64,000 nt of DNA from an uncultured Clostridia bacterium (lineage in GTDB: Bacteria; Bacillota; Clostridia; Christensenellales; UBA1242), in NCBI GenBank assembly GCA_944384415.1, contig CALWTF010000010.1, forward strand, positions 1,990 to 65,989, written 5' to 3'. Positions 17,984-28,268 of this stretch are shown here, piece after piece. Positions within the stretch are counted from its first letter, which is position 1. Every line of letters starts with the position of its first letter. The notes beneath the pieces are model-generated. The model was not told the origin of the DNA. It saw only the letters and a program-made list of their open reading frames with translations, and made no database searches. Both the position numbers and the translations under genes were made by a program.

Positions 17984-19051
17984 ATGATGATGGATACTAT
18001 TGAACAAGAAATTGAAAAAATAAAACTAATTGCGAAACAAAAAAAATATATTAATGAAGAAGATATTTACTTAAGATTGTTAAAATTTGAACCAACTGCT
18101 TCACAATTAGACGAAATAATGTTAAGCCTTAAAGAATTGGGCATTGAAATTCGCAAAGATGAAATCACTTTAAAAGATGAAGAAATTATGATTGAGTCAT
18201 TAATGAACCAAGCAAACATCAATGACCCAGTTAAAATGTATTTTAAAGACATAGGAAAGGTTGGTTTGCTAAGCCCAGATGAAGAGGTAGAGTTAGGCAA
18301 GCGTATGGCTATGGGTGATGAAGAAGCTAAAAAAAGATTAGTAGAGTGTAATTTGAGGCTGGTAGTTAGCATTGCAAAACGATATGTAGGTAAAACCAAT
18401 ATGAGTTTTTCTGATCTAATTCAAGAAGGAAATATGGGGTTAATTAAAGCGGTTGAGCGTTTTGATTATAGAAGAGGTTTCCACTTTTCCACATATGGTA
18501 CTTGGTGGATAAGACAAGCTATATCTCGAGCAATTGCTGACCAAGCAAGAACCATTCGTATACCTGTTCATATGGTAGAAACCATTAATAAATTAGGAAG
18601 AACTAATCGTCAATTGTGGCAAGAACTTGGACGCGAACCAACTGATTCAGAAATTGCTGAACGCATGGGGATAACTGAAGAAAAAGTTTGTGAAATCAAG
18701 CGAATAGCACTTGAACCAACATCGTTAGAAAGCCCTGCTGGTGAGGAAGGCGACAGTGAAGTTTATGATTTTGTTGTTGATGAAAATGCTAAATCGCCTT
18801 TACAGTCTGTGGAACAAAATGTTTTAAAAGAACAGTTGTTGTCAGTTATTGAAACATTGACACCTCGTGAACAAAAAGTTATACGCCTTAGATATGGTAT
18901 TGATGATTTACATCCAAGAACATTAGAAGAAGTTGGAAAAGAATTTAATGTAACAAGGGAAAGAATAAGGCAAATTGAAGCAAAAGCATTGCGTAAATTA
19001 AAAAATCCAAGTAGAAGTAAAAGACTAAAAGATTTTGTTGATGAATTTTAA
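17984..19051 (+). CDS. sigA: RNA polymerase primary sigma factor (SigA/RpoD), copy 1
   Basis: Region 1.2 [11 protein letters not shown], region 2 [43 protein letters not shown], region 3.0 [13 protein letters not shown], region 4.2 [27 protein letters not shown]. Follows dnaG as in Bacillus. Confidence 0.9.
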   Translation: MMMDTIEQEIEKIKLIAKQKKYINEEDIYLRLLKFEPTASQLDEIMLSLKELGIEIRKDEITLKDEEIMIESLMNQANINDPVKMYFKDIGKVGLLSPDEEVELGKRMAMGDEEAKKRLVECNLRLVVSIAKRYVGKTNMSFSDLIQEGNMGLIKAVERFDYRRGFHFSTYGTWWIRQAISRAIADQARTIRIPVHMVETINKLGRTNRQLWQELGREPTDSEIAERMGITEEKVCEIKRIALEPTSLESPAGEEGDSEVYDFVVDENAKSPLQSVEQNVLKEQLLSVIETLTPREQKVIRLRYGIDDLHPRTLEEVGKEFNVTRERIRQIEAKALRKLKNPSRSKRLKDFVDEF

Positions 19052-19074
19052 TATACAAAAGTAAAGGGGAAGGT

Positions 19075-20124
19075 ATGGAAAAAGAAATTGAAAAAATAAA
19101 GCAAATAGCAAAAGAAAAAGGATTTATTTATGAAGAAGATATTTATGCAAGACTGATTTCTTTTGACCCAACTGCTAAACAACTTGAAGATATTATTTCA
19201 CAATTAAAGAAAGATGGGATTGATGTTCGCCAAGAAGAAGAAAACAATGATGATGAAATTGAACTTGAACATATGATTAATCAAGCAAACATCAATGACC
19301 CGATAAAAATGTATTTTAAAGATATTGGCAAAGTTAAAAGGTTGACACCCGATGAGGAAATAGAACTAGCCAAAAAAATTGAACAAGGTGATTTGGTTGC
19401 TAAAAAACAATTTGTTGAGGCTAACTTGCGTTTGGTTGTAAGTATGGCTAAGCGTTATATAGGTAAAAGTAATATGAGTTTTGCCGATTTAATTCAAGAG
19501 GGTAATTTTGGTCTTATGCGTGCTGTTGAAAGGTTTGATTATAGAAGAGGATTTAGATTTTCAACTTATGGAACAACTTGGATTAGACAGGCAATTTCAA
19601 GGGCAATTGCTGACCAATCACGAACAATTAGGTTGCCTGTTCATATGGTTGAAACAATTAATCGTATGAGTCGTATAAAAAAACAACTATGGCACGAGTT
19701 GGGACACGAGCCAACAGATTTTGAATTAGCCGAAAAAATGGGATTAACAGAAGATAAAATATCAGAAATTAAACGAATAGCTCTTGACCCAACCTCGTTA
19801 CAAAGTCCTGCCGGAGAAGATGGTGACAGTGAAGTTTATGATTTTGTTGTTGATGAAGAGGCTAAATCTCCACAACAATCTGTTGAGCAAAATGTGTTGC
19901 GTGAACAATTAATGTTAGTTCTTGAATCATTGACACCTCGTGAACAAAAAGTTTTAAGATTAAGATATGGGCTTGATGATTATCACCCAAGAACACTTGA
20001 AGAGGTGGGAAAAGAATTTGGTGTAACAAGGGAAAGAATAAGGCAAATTGAAGCAAAAGCATTGCGTAAATTAAAAAATCCAAGCAGAAGTAAAAAACTT
20101 GTAGATTTTGCTAGTGAAATTTAA
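19075..20124 (+). CDS. RNA polymerase sigma-70 factor, primary-type paralogue, copy 2
   Basis: Same full domain set as copy 1. Hand count gives 60 mismatches over the approx 281-aa core from region 1.2 onward. Own SD AAAGGGGAAGG. Region 2.3 reads FSTYGTTWIRQ. Confidence 0.9.
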   Translation: MEKEIEKIKQIAKEKGFIYEEDIYARLISFDPTAKQLEDIISQLKKDGIDVRQEEENNDDEIELEHMINQANINDPIKMYFKDIGKVKRLTPDEEIELAKKIEQGDLVAKKQFVEANLRLVVSMAKRYIGKSNMSFADLIQEGNFGLMRAVERFDYRRGFRFSTYGTTWIRQAISRAIADQSRTIRLPVHMVETINRMSRIKKQLWHELGHEPTDFELAEKMGLTEDKISEIKRIALDPTSLQSPAGEDGDSEVYDFVVDEEAKSPQQSVEQNVLREQLMLVLESLTPREQKVLRLRYGLDDYHPRTLEEVGKEFGVTRERIRQIEAKALRKLKNPSRSKKLVDFASEI

Positions 20125-20139
20125 AAATAGAGGTAAGTT

Positions 20140-20814
20140 ATGGAAAAAAGAATGGAAACAATTTTAAAATTTTGTGAGTCAAGGCCAGTAACTGTTGATG
20201 TTGGGTGTGACCACGGTTATATTGGGCTTGCTTTGTTGCAGAATAAAATTACAAACCATTTAATAGCAACTGATATAAGTGAAAAAAGTTTGCAAAAAGC
20301 TGTTGATTTATTTGCAGAACATAATTTGCAAGAGTTTGCAAGTACTAGGGTTGGAGATGGTTTAAGTGTAATAAAAGATGATGAAAAAATTGACCAAGTT
20401 ATAATTGCTGGTATTGGCGGGCTGGAAATTCAACATATAATAAAAGATTTTAAAGGCAGTAAAAAAATTAAAAATTGGGTTTTACAACCAATGAATGAAA
20501 TTCAAAGTTTAAGAGAGTTTTTGAATAGAAATGGTTTCACAATAAAACAAGATGTTGTTGTAAAAGAAGATGAAAAATTTTATCATATATTATCGGTATG
20601 TGCAGGGAAACAGGATTTAACAGAAATTCAAAAATCTTTTGGTGCAAATATTGAAAGTTATAACACGGTTGAATACAAGTTGTGGTTAATTCAAAAATGC
20701 AAAAAAATTGAAGAAATTTTAAAAAATTTACCTAAAAATAATGAAAAAATTAAATATTTTTCAAATTGTTTGAAAAATGCAAACAAAATTAAAGAACAAA
20801 TAAAAGGGGTTTAA
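20140..20814 (+). CDS. trmK: tRNA (adenine22-N1)-methyltransferase TrmK
   Basis: N-terminal VDVGCDHGYIGLALL, IATDI and IIAGIGG motifs typical of TrmK/YqfN. Located downstream of sigA as in B. subtilis. Confidence 0.8.
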   Translation: MEKRMETILKFCESRPVTVDVGCDHGYIGLALLQNKITNHLIATDISEKSLQKAVDLFAEHNLQEFASTRVGDGLSVIKDDEKIDQVIIAGIGGLEIQHIIKDFKGSKKIKNWVLQPMNEIQSLREFLNRNGFTIKQDVVVKEDEKFYHILSVCAGKQDLTEIQKSFGANIESYNTVEYKLWLIQKCKKIEEILKNLPKNNEKIKYFSNCLKNANKIKEQIKGV

Positions 20815-20816
20815 TA

Positions 20817-21518
20817 ATGCTGGAGGAAATATTAGAATATCAAAAATTAGATGCAAAATTGGTTGCTGTTGAACAAGAAATAGCAAATAGTAAAGCTAAA
20901 AAAGTTGTAAATCAAATGGCTGAGTTTGTTAAAACAGCGCAAATGGGGTTGGTAAATATTGAAAAGAATGCAAGCACTTTAATTCAGGAGTATGAGGAAT
21001 TAAATACAAAGTTTGAAAATTTGTTAAAAGAAGTTGAAACAATAACTAAAATTAAATTTGATGATTTAGATAATACAAATTTAATTGAACAGGAAAAGCG
21101 TGCTAATGAATGTGTTGCAGAGTTGTTGGTTGTAGAAAAAAATATTTCAAATTTAAGTAAAAAAATTAATAATACTTTAAAAGAGTTTGATACAACCAAA
21201 GCAAAAGGAATGCAAGCAAAACAGCGTCATACACAAGGAATGAAAGAGTATAATGATTTGGTAAATAAAAAAGAAACTGAAATAGCTCATTTAAAATCAG
21301 AACTTTTAAAAATTGAAAAAAGTGTTGATAAAAAATTGCTTGAAAAATATAAAAAAATGCGAGAAGATAAAAAGTTCCCTGTTTTTGTACCTTTAATTTC
21401 AAATTCTTGCGGAGGATGTTCTATGCAACTTCCTACAAGTCAATTAAATAAACTTGAACAAGCGGGAATGATGGAATGTGAAAATTGTAGAAGAGTTATT
21501 TTTATAAACAAAAAATAA
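20817..21518 (+). CDS. Coiled-coil protein with C-terminal C4 zinc ribbon (COG1579-like)
   Basis: Long heptad-rich region, then CGGCSMQLP...CENCRRVIF. Confidence 0.7.
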   Translation: MLEEILEYQKLDAKLVAVEQEIANSKAKKVVNQMAEFVKTAQMGLVNIEKNASTLIQEYEELNTKFENLLKEVETITKIKFDDLDNTNLIEQEKRANECVAELLVVEKNISNLSKKINNTLKEFDTTKAKGMQAKQRHTQGMKEYNDLVNKKETEIAHLKSELLKIEKSVDKKLLEKYKKMREDKKFPVFVPLISNSCGGCSMQLPTSQLNKLEQAGMMECENCRRVIFINKK

Positions 21519-21528
21519 GGAAGTGCAT

Positions 21529-22143
21529 ATGGTTAAAAATTTGGTTTTTGATGTAAGTGTGTTTTTTGATTTTGATATTGGAAAAATTTTGGCAAGACTT
21601 GGTTTTAGTAGTGAAGAAATTTTGCATTTAAAAAGAACTGTGTTTAATCAAAAATTATGGCGTGATATGAATGATGGGAAAATTTTGTTAGAAACATTTA
21701 GAAATGAGGTATGCAAATTATATCCACAATATAAGAAAGAATTTGGTGAAATTTTTAATCCAGAAAATTTATCAACATATATGCCACAAATAAAAGAGAA
21801 TATATTACTTACAAGTAAAGCTGTTGAAAATGGTTACAAAATTTATATATTAACAAATTCTTGTTATGATATTATCACATATGTTATGAATAGTTTACCA
21901 ATAAAGTCAAAAATTAGTGGCACAATGTTTTCTTGTGTTGAAAATATAAGTATGCCAAATGAAAAGCTTTTTATTATGTTTCTTGAAAAATTTAATCTAA
22001 ATGCTAACGATTGTTTGTTTGTAGATGATAAAGAAAGATATTTAAAAGCTGCCAAAAAGCTTGGCTTTAATACATTGTTATATCAATATAATAAAAAAGG
22101 ACAATCTGAATTAAATAATATCTTGTTAAAAAAAGTTGTTTAG
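21529..22143 (+). CDS. HAD-superfamily hydrolase (subfamily IA-like)
   Basis: N-terminal LVFDVSVFFDFD and C-terminal LFVDDKERYLKAAKKLGF motifs. ATG at 21529 follows AAGGAAG. Confidence 0.65.
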   Translation: MVKNLVFDVSVFFDFDIGKILARLGFSSEEILHLKRTVFNQKLWRDMNDGKILLETFRNEVCKLYPQYKKEFGEIFNPENLSTYMPQIKENILLTSKAVENGYKIYILTNSCYDIITYVMNSLPIKSKISGTMFSCVENISMPNEKLFIMFLEKFNLNANDCLFVDDKERYLKAAKKLGFNTLLYQYNKKGQSELNNILLKKVV

Positions 22144-22152
22144 GAGAAAATT

Positions 22153-22389
22153 GTGGAAAAAGAAAAATTAAAATCACAAATCATATCTGATTGTGTATGT
22201 GGAATTATAATGTTATTATCTATAGCAATTTATTTAATAATAGGTTTGTTTTGGGGGTTGTGGCATCCTTGTTGGGCAATAATTATAATTGCAGGTTTAG
22301 TTTGTGGATTGATACATGTTATTGTTGATACTGTTGCAATGTTAAAAACTTCAAAAAATATTAATGTTAACAAAAAAATTGATGAATAA
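22153..22389 (+). CDS. Small two-TM membrane protein
   Basis: 78 aa. GTG start after AGGAG. Two hydrophobic helices. Confidence 0.4.
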   Translation: MEKEKLKSQIISDCVCGIIMLLSIAIYLIIGLFWGLWHPCWAIIIIAGLVCGLIHVIVDTVAMLKTSKNINVNKKIDE

Positions 22390-22393
22390 CTAT

Positions 22394-22441
22394 AAAAAAA
22401 TGTAGTAAAGTGATGATTTTTTAACTTTACCACATTTTTTT
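22394..22441. terminator. Bidirectional hairpin terminator between convergent genes
   Basis: AAAAAAATGTAGTAAAGT...ACTTTACCACATTTTTTT, one mismatch, with A/T runs on both sides. Confidence 0.5.
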
Positions 22442-22456
22442 GTTATTTAATTTATT

Positions 22457-23557
22457 TTAATTTAATATAAATTCAATAATTGCAGGGTTATGGTCTGAGT
22501 AACGAAAGTCGGTGTCTACATTATACTTGTTTGTAACAGTTATGTTTGATGACACAATAAATCCATCAATTACTACCGAATAGTTAACTCCTTTTTCATA
22601 AACTATTTCTGCAGCTCTACAAGTTGGGCAATTTGTTGACGATGCGAATTTAAAATTTTCTGCTAAGTCGGAATTATTAAGTTGGTAAACCCAATCTGGA
22701 ATTTGTTGTTCGGTAGGAAACAAAGATACAGAATTAGCTATATCATGATTAAAATCTCCTCCGGCAATAACATAATTTCCTAAACTGTATTCATATTGTA
22801 AAACTTCATTTAACATTTTTAGTTGTTTTTCTCTTATTTTTCCACCTTCATCATATGCACTCATATGTAAATTAATTAAAACTAATTGTTTGTCACTGTT
22901 ATTTATGTTAATTCTATTAATTGAAAAGCATCTATCATAGTCAAAAAATTTGGCTAAAAAACTTTCATCAACAGGAAATGAACGGCGAACTGAATTTTCA
23001 ATTTTATATTTACTGTAAGTTGCTATTCCTGAATTGCTTGCTCCGTGTGGATCATTTAAAGGATATAAAAAGTAACTGCTGTGAAAGTTAATTGCGAAAG
23101 TGTTTGCATAATTAGTAAAATTATTTGTAATCATTTCAAACTGATTAACATTGTAACTTCTAGTTGAATTTGTATCTACTTCTTGAAAAAACATAAAATC
23201 ACAATTTTCATTTAAAATAGTTTCAATTGCTCCGTTAGTGTTATCAAGAACATATTGTTTGCTTTTTGCTTTTCCTAGTTCACCATAAACCTTTGTTCCA
23301 TCTTTCATTGTTCCCGAATCCATAAAAAAGGTGAAGTCTTGTGAATAGGCTCCAAACCCTATATTATATGTACTTATTTTATAAGTTTCATTTTTTGAAA
23401 CCTGTGTAGTTTGATTGTTATTTATTTCAAGAGTTTGATTGTCTGCGATTCTATAATAGTCAACGCTTAGATATATAACATAGCTAAGCAATAGTAAAAC
23501 AAAAGCTAAAACAATTGCTAAAATTGTTGAAGAAATTAATTTAATCCAATTTGCCAT
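22457..23557 (-). CDS. Endonuclease/exonuclease/phosphatase (EEP) family protein, membrane anchored
   Basis: N-terminal TM. EEP motifs ISTYNIGFG, FFQEVD, GGDFNH and the terminal SDHNP. Confidence 0.75.
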   Translation of the reverse strand: MANWIKLISSTILAIVLAFVLLLLSYVIYLSVDYYRIADNQTLEINNNQTTQVSKNETYKISTYNIGFGAYSQDFTFFMDSGTMKDGTKVYGELGKAKSKQYVLDNTNGAIETILNENCDFMFFQEVDTNSTRSYNVNQFEMITNNFTNYANTFAINFHSSYFLYPLNDPHGASNSGIATYSKYKIENSVRRSFPVDESFLAKFFDYDRCFSINRININNSDKQLVLINLHMSAYDEGGKIREKQLKMLNEVLQYEYSLGNYVIAGGDFNHDIANSVSLFPTEQQIPDWVYQLNNSDLAENFKFASSTNCPTCRAAEIVYEKGVNYSVVIDGFIVSSNITVTNKYNVDTDFRYSDHNPAIIEFILN

Positions 23558-23672
23558 ATTTTCACCTCTGAGTATATGTTATCAATTATAACTAAAATAT
23601 TGCTAGTGATTTTCGCAAATTTTTAAAATTTTTAAAAAACTCAATTTTAAATAAAAAATAGGGGAAAACAAC

Positions 23673-23701
23673 AAAAAAGTGATACAAAGTATCACTTTTT
23701 T
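23673..23701 (-). terminator. Rho-independent terminator of groESL
   Basis: AAAAAAGTGATAC-AAA-GTATCACTTTTTT, 20 nt past the groEL stop. Confidence 0.65.
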
Positions 23702-23721
23702 GCAGTTTTATTAACATTTTT

Positions 23722-25359
<1,638 letters not shown>

Positions 25360-25362
25360 TTA

Positions 25363-25653
25363 TTAGTCTTCAAGCAAAATTGCTAATATATCATTTTGTT
25401 TTAGTATAAGCACGGTTTCTCCATTTATTTTAAATTCGCTTCCAGCGTATTTTGGATATAAAACTGTGTCACCCACTTTTATTTGCATTTCAACTTGTTT
25501 ACCATCAATTAAACCACCCTTTCCAACAGCAATTACAGTTGCAGATTGTGGTTTTTCTTGACTTTGTTCTGCAAGTACAATACCACTTGAAGTAACCACT
25601 TCATTTTTTGTTGGTTTAACAACTATGCAATCAAATAATGGTTGAATTTTCAT
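25363..25653 (-). CDS. groES: Co-chaperonin GroES
   Basis: MKIQPLFDCIVVKP...SGIVL...GDTVLYPKYAGSE. Start placed at the ATG preceded by GGAGGATAAA; the track's 7-aa extension was dropped. Confidence 0.95.
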   Translation of the reverse strand: MKIQPLFDCIVVKPTKNEVVTSSGIVLAEQSQEKPQSATVIAVGKGGLIDGKQVEMQIKVGDTVLYPKYAGSEFKINGETVLILKQNDILAILLED

Positions 25654-25787
25654 TTTATCCTCCAATAAAATCAATTTTTATGTGCGTTTAGTGCGCATAT
25701 ATATATTTTAACACACTTTATTATAATTGCAACAATGTTATGCCATATTTTTGCAAATTTTTAATATTGTTGACATAAATTTATAAT

Positions 25788-26549
25788 ATGAATGATAGTT
25801 ATAAAAGTTATTATAGAACTGTAAAAAAAAATAATAAAAAAACAATTAATTGTTTTTTAATTGTTTTTGTTGTTATCATTCTTACTATTTTTTTTTGTTT
25901 TATAATTTTCCCTTTATTTGGATTGATATCTTGGTCAACTTATAATGAAAAAGAAGCAAATAGTAAAATGTTATATTTAGTTGCAATAAATTCGGGTGAT
26001 GACCAAGAAGAAGCAGAAGAACTTGCAAAAAATTATCGTGCACGAGGAGGGGCAGGGGTAGTTTGGAATAAAGATGAATATTATTGGATTATTTTAGGAA
26101 TTTACTTTTCATATGATGATTCAAATTCGGTTGTTATAAACTTATATGATGAAAATATAGAAGCTGAAGTAATTGAATTTAAAATAAAAAAACCTGATAC
26201 AAAAACATTGAAAGAAGAAGATGAAGATTTATTTGATAGAACATTTAAGTTTTTATTAGAAATTTTAGATGAATTATATTCGTTAATAGTTAAATTAGAA
26301 CAATCATCAATAACTGATATATCTGCTAATTTAAGTTTAAATAATATGGCGCTAAGTGCTGAATATTATTATAATTTGTTGATTGAAAAAAATAATTTAA
26401 AAACTTTAAATAATATAGTTGCTAATGTAGTAAGTTTATTAAGGTATGTAGCGAATGAAGAGGTTTTAATAGATTCCTTTTTGCCATACGAAAGTGAAAT
26501 TAGGCGTATACTGGTTAGAATTGTTATTATTATTAATGAACTGTTATAA
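25788..26549 (+). CDS. Membrane-anchored protein, possibly with a SPOR-like domain
   Basis: N-terminal TM. The segment EEAEELAKNYRARGGAGVVWNKDEYYWIILGIYFSYDDSNSVV loosely resembles SPOR repeats. No SD, and the start abuts a TATAAT, so the start and regulation are uncertain. Confidence 0.45.
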   Translation: MNDSYKSYYRTVKKNNKKTINCFLIVFVVIILTIFFCFIIFPLFGLISWSTYNEKEANSKMLYLVAINSGDDQEEAEELAKNYRARGGAGVVWNKDEYYWIILGIYFSYDDSNSVVINLYDENIEAEVIEFKIKKPDTKTLKEEDEDLFDRTFKFLLEILDELYSLIVKLEQSSITDISANLSLNNMALSAEYYYNLLIEKNNLKTLNNIVANVVSLLRYVANEEVLIDSFLPYESEIRRILVRIVIIINELL

Positions 26550-26582
26550 AAAATGCCAAAAACTAAAAGTCTTGGCATTTTT
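26548..26582. terminator. Hairpin terminator between convergent genes
   Basis: AAAAATGCCAA-13 nt loop-TTGGCATTTTT. Confidence 0.55.
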
Positions 26583-26679
26583 ATTAATTTTAGAAATTTA
26601 TAAATTATAAAAACTTATTTAAATTGTAATTTAATTGATGTTTATTAACTTTATATAAAATAATTATTAAAATTTTGTT

Positions 26680-27027
26680 TTATTCACACATATGAATACC
26701 ACTGATTATAATATCTACTTTTGTTTTAAAAATATTTTTTATAAAAACATCACCAACTTGTGGGTTTGGTTTTACTTTTGTATTTTTTATTTTTTTTAAA
26801 ACATCAAAATACAAATTTTTATCAATTGCTTTGCTTGTTACTAAACTTACAGTTCCAAAATCTGTTTTTTGAATTGTTGTTATTGTTCTTTTTGGTTGTG
26901 TAATTTCTTGCTTTCCATATTCTTCTCCTCGAGGGCAACTGTTTCCTGTTACTATAATTTGGCCATTTGATTTTTTAGTTATGTTTAAATTGCAACCTCG
27001 TGGACATCTTATACATACTAATTTCAT
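26680..27027 (-). CDS. DUF1667 domain protein (third subunit of the anaerobic-type glycerol-3-phosphate dehydrogenase-like system)
   Basis: CIRCPRGC...GNSCPRGEEY cysteine motifs. Immediately downstream of two FAD oxidoreductases, the usual context for DUF1667. Confidence 0.8.
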   Translation of the reverse strand: MKLVCIRCPRGCNLNITKKSNGQIIVTGNSCPRGEEYGKQEITQPKRTITTIQKTDFGTVSLVTSKAIDKNLYFDVLKKIKNTKVKPNPQVGDVFIKNIFKTKVDIIISGIHMCE

Positions 27028-27029
27028 AA

Positions 27030-28268
27030 TTAAACCTCAATTTCTAAAGATAAATCATTTTTAATTTTGCTTTTATCAATAATTAAAGATTGCATTTCGC
27101 CTGCGATTACAACAGGTGATGGCTTTTGGCTTATTATTTCGTTATTGCTTTTTGCAATAATTTTTACTTGATGATATTCTTTATCTACACGAAAAGAAAT
27201 AGTTGCTGTTCCCGTTGAGTTTGTATGAATATATTTTGGCACTGTGTATTTAATATGATTGTCGTGCACTATTGTTATTGTATTTTGTGGAATTAATTTA
27301 TTTTTAGCAAAAAGAGCAGCAAACTTTCCAGCTTGTAAGCCTTCACGACTTACATTGTCTGCTAAATCATTTACATGAAGCACATTTCCACAAATAAAAA
27401 TTTTTGAATTTGATGTTTGAAAATACTCATTTACAACGGCACTTCCCGTAACATTATCAAACTCAATATCAAAATCTTGTATTAAATCGTTTTCTGGGAT
27501 TAGGCCAACACTTAAAAGCAAAGTGTCGCATTTAATAATTTTCTTTTTTTCTAGAATTGGTTTTAAGTTTTCATCAACTGGAGCAACTACAACTGCTTCA
27601 ACTCGTTTTTCACCAATAACTTCAACAACAGTTGTTGAAAGGTGCAGTGGAATGTTAAAATCATTTAAACATTGTGCAACATTTCTTGCAAGTCCACCAC
27701 ATTTAGACATAATTTCATATACACCAATAACTTTTGCACCTTCACAAGTTAAACGCCGTGCCATAATTAAACCAATATCACCAGAGCCTAAAATAACAAC
27801 CTTTTTACCAACCATTTTACCGTGTATATTAACAAATTTTTGTGCTTGACCAGCACTAAAAACTCCCGCTGGTCTAGTTCCGCAAAGATTAATAGCTCCT
27901 GCCGGCCTTTCACGGCACCCCATTGATAAAACAACACTTTTTGCTTTTATTTTTTCAACATTTTTATTTGAAACCACAGTAAGTTCAACTAGTTTTTTAC
28001 AATCAGTTATTTGTTCTAATGTAGTATTAAGTTTTATATCTAATTTTTGTTTTTTTAATTCATCTTCCCAGCGTTTAGCATATTGAGGACCTGTTAACTC
28101 GGCCCCAAAATAAGCAAGGCCAAAACCATTATGAATACATTGATTTAAAATTCCGCCAACTCTGTAGTCACGCTCGATTAAAACAACTTTTGCACCTTCT
28201 TTTGTTGCGCTTATTGCAGCAGCCATACCAGCAGGCCCACCACCAATTACAGCAACATCATAAATCAT
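27030..28268 (-). CDS. NAD(P)/FAD-dependent pyridine nucleotide-disulfide-type oxidoreductase
   Basis: Two Rossmann motifs, DVAVIGGGPAGMAAA and VVILGSGDIGL. Start moved to the ATG at 28268 after AGGAGG, which leaves an 11-nt overlap with the upstream gene. Confidence 0.85.
   Translation of the reverse strand: MIYDVAVIGGGPAGMAAAISATKEGAKVVLIERDYRVGGILNQCIHNGFGLAYFGAELTGPQYAKRWEDELKKQKLDIKLNTTLEQITDCKKLVELTVVSNKNVEKIKAKSVVLSMGCRERPAGAINLCGTRPAGVFSAGQAQKFVNIHGKMVGKKVVILGSGDIGLIMARRLTCEGAKVIGVYEIMSKCGGLARNVAQCLNDFNIPLHLSTTVVEVIGEKRVEAVVVAPVDENLKPILEKKKIIKCDTLLLSVGLIPENDLIQDFDIEFDNVTGSAVVNEYFQTSNSKIFICGNVLHVNDLADNVSREGLQAGKFAALFAKNKLIPQNTITIVHDNHIKYTVPKYIHTNSTGTATISFRVDKEYHQVKIIAKSNNEIISQKPSPVVIAGEMQSLIIDKSKIKNDLSLEIEV

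Noticed and set aside
25675-25745. Looked for a CIRCE (TTAGCACTC-N9-GAGTGCTAA) operator upstream of groES.
   Set aside because: Only a plausible extended -10 promoter (TTGCAA...TGTTAAAAT) and a short direct repeat (CGCAC-N4-CGCAC) are present. The best arm matches are 6-7 of 9 and are not arranged as an inverted repeat, so I cannot claim CIRCE or HrcA control.
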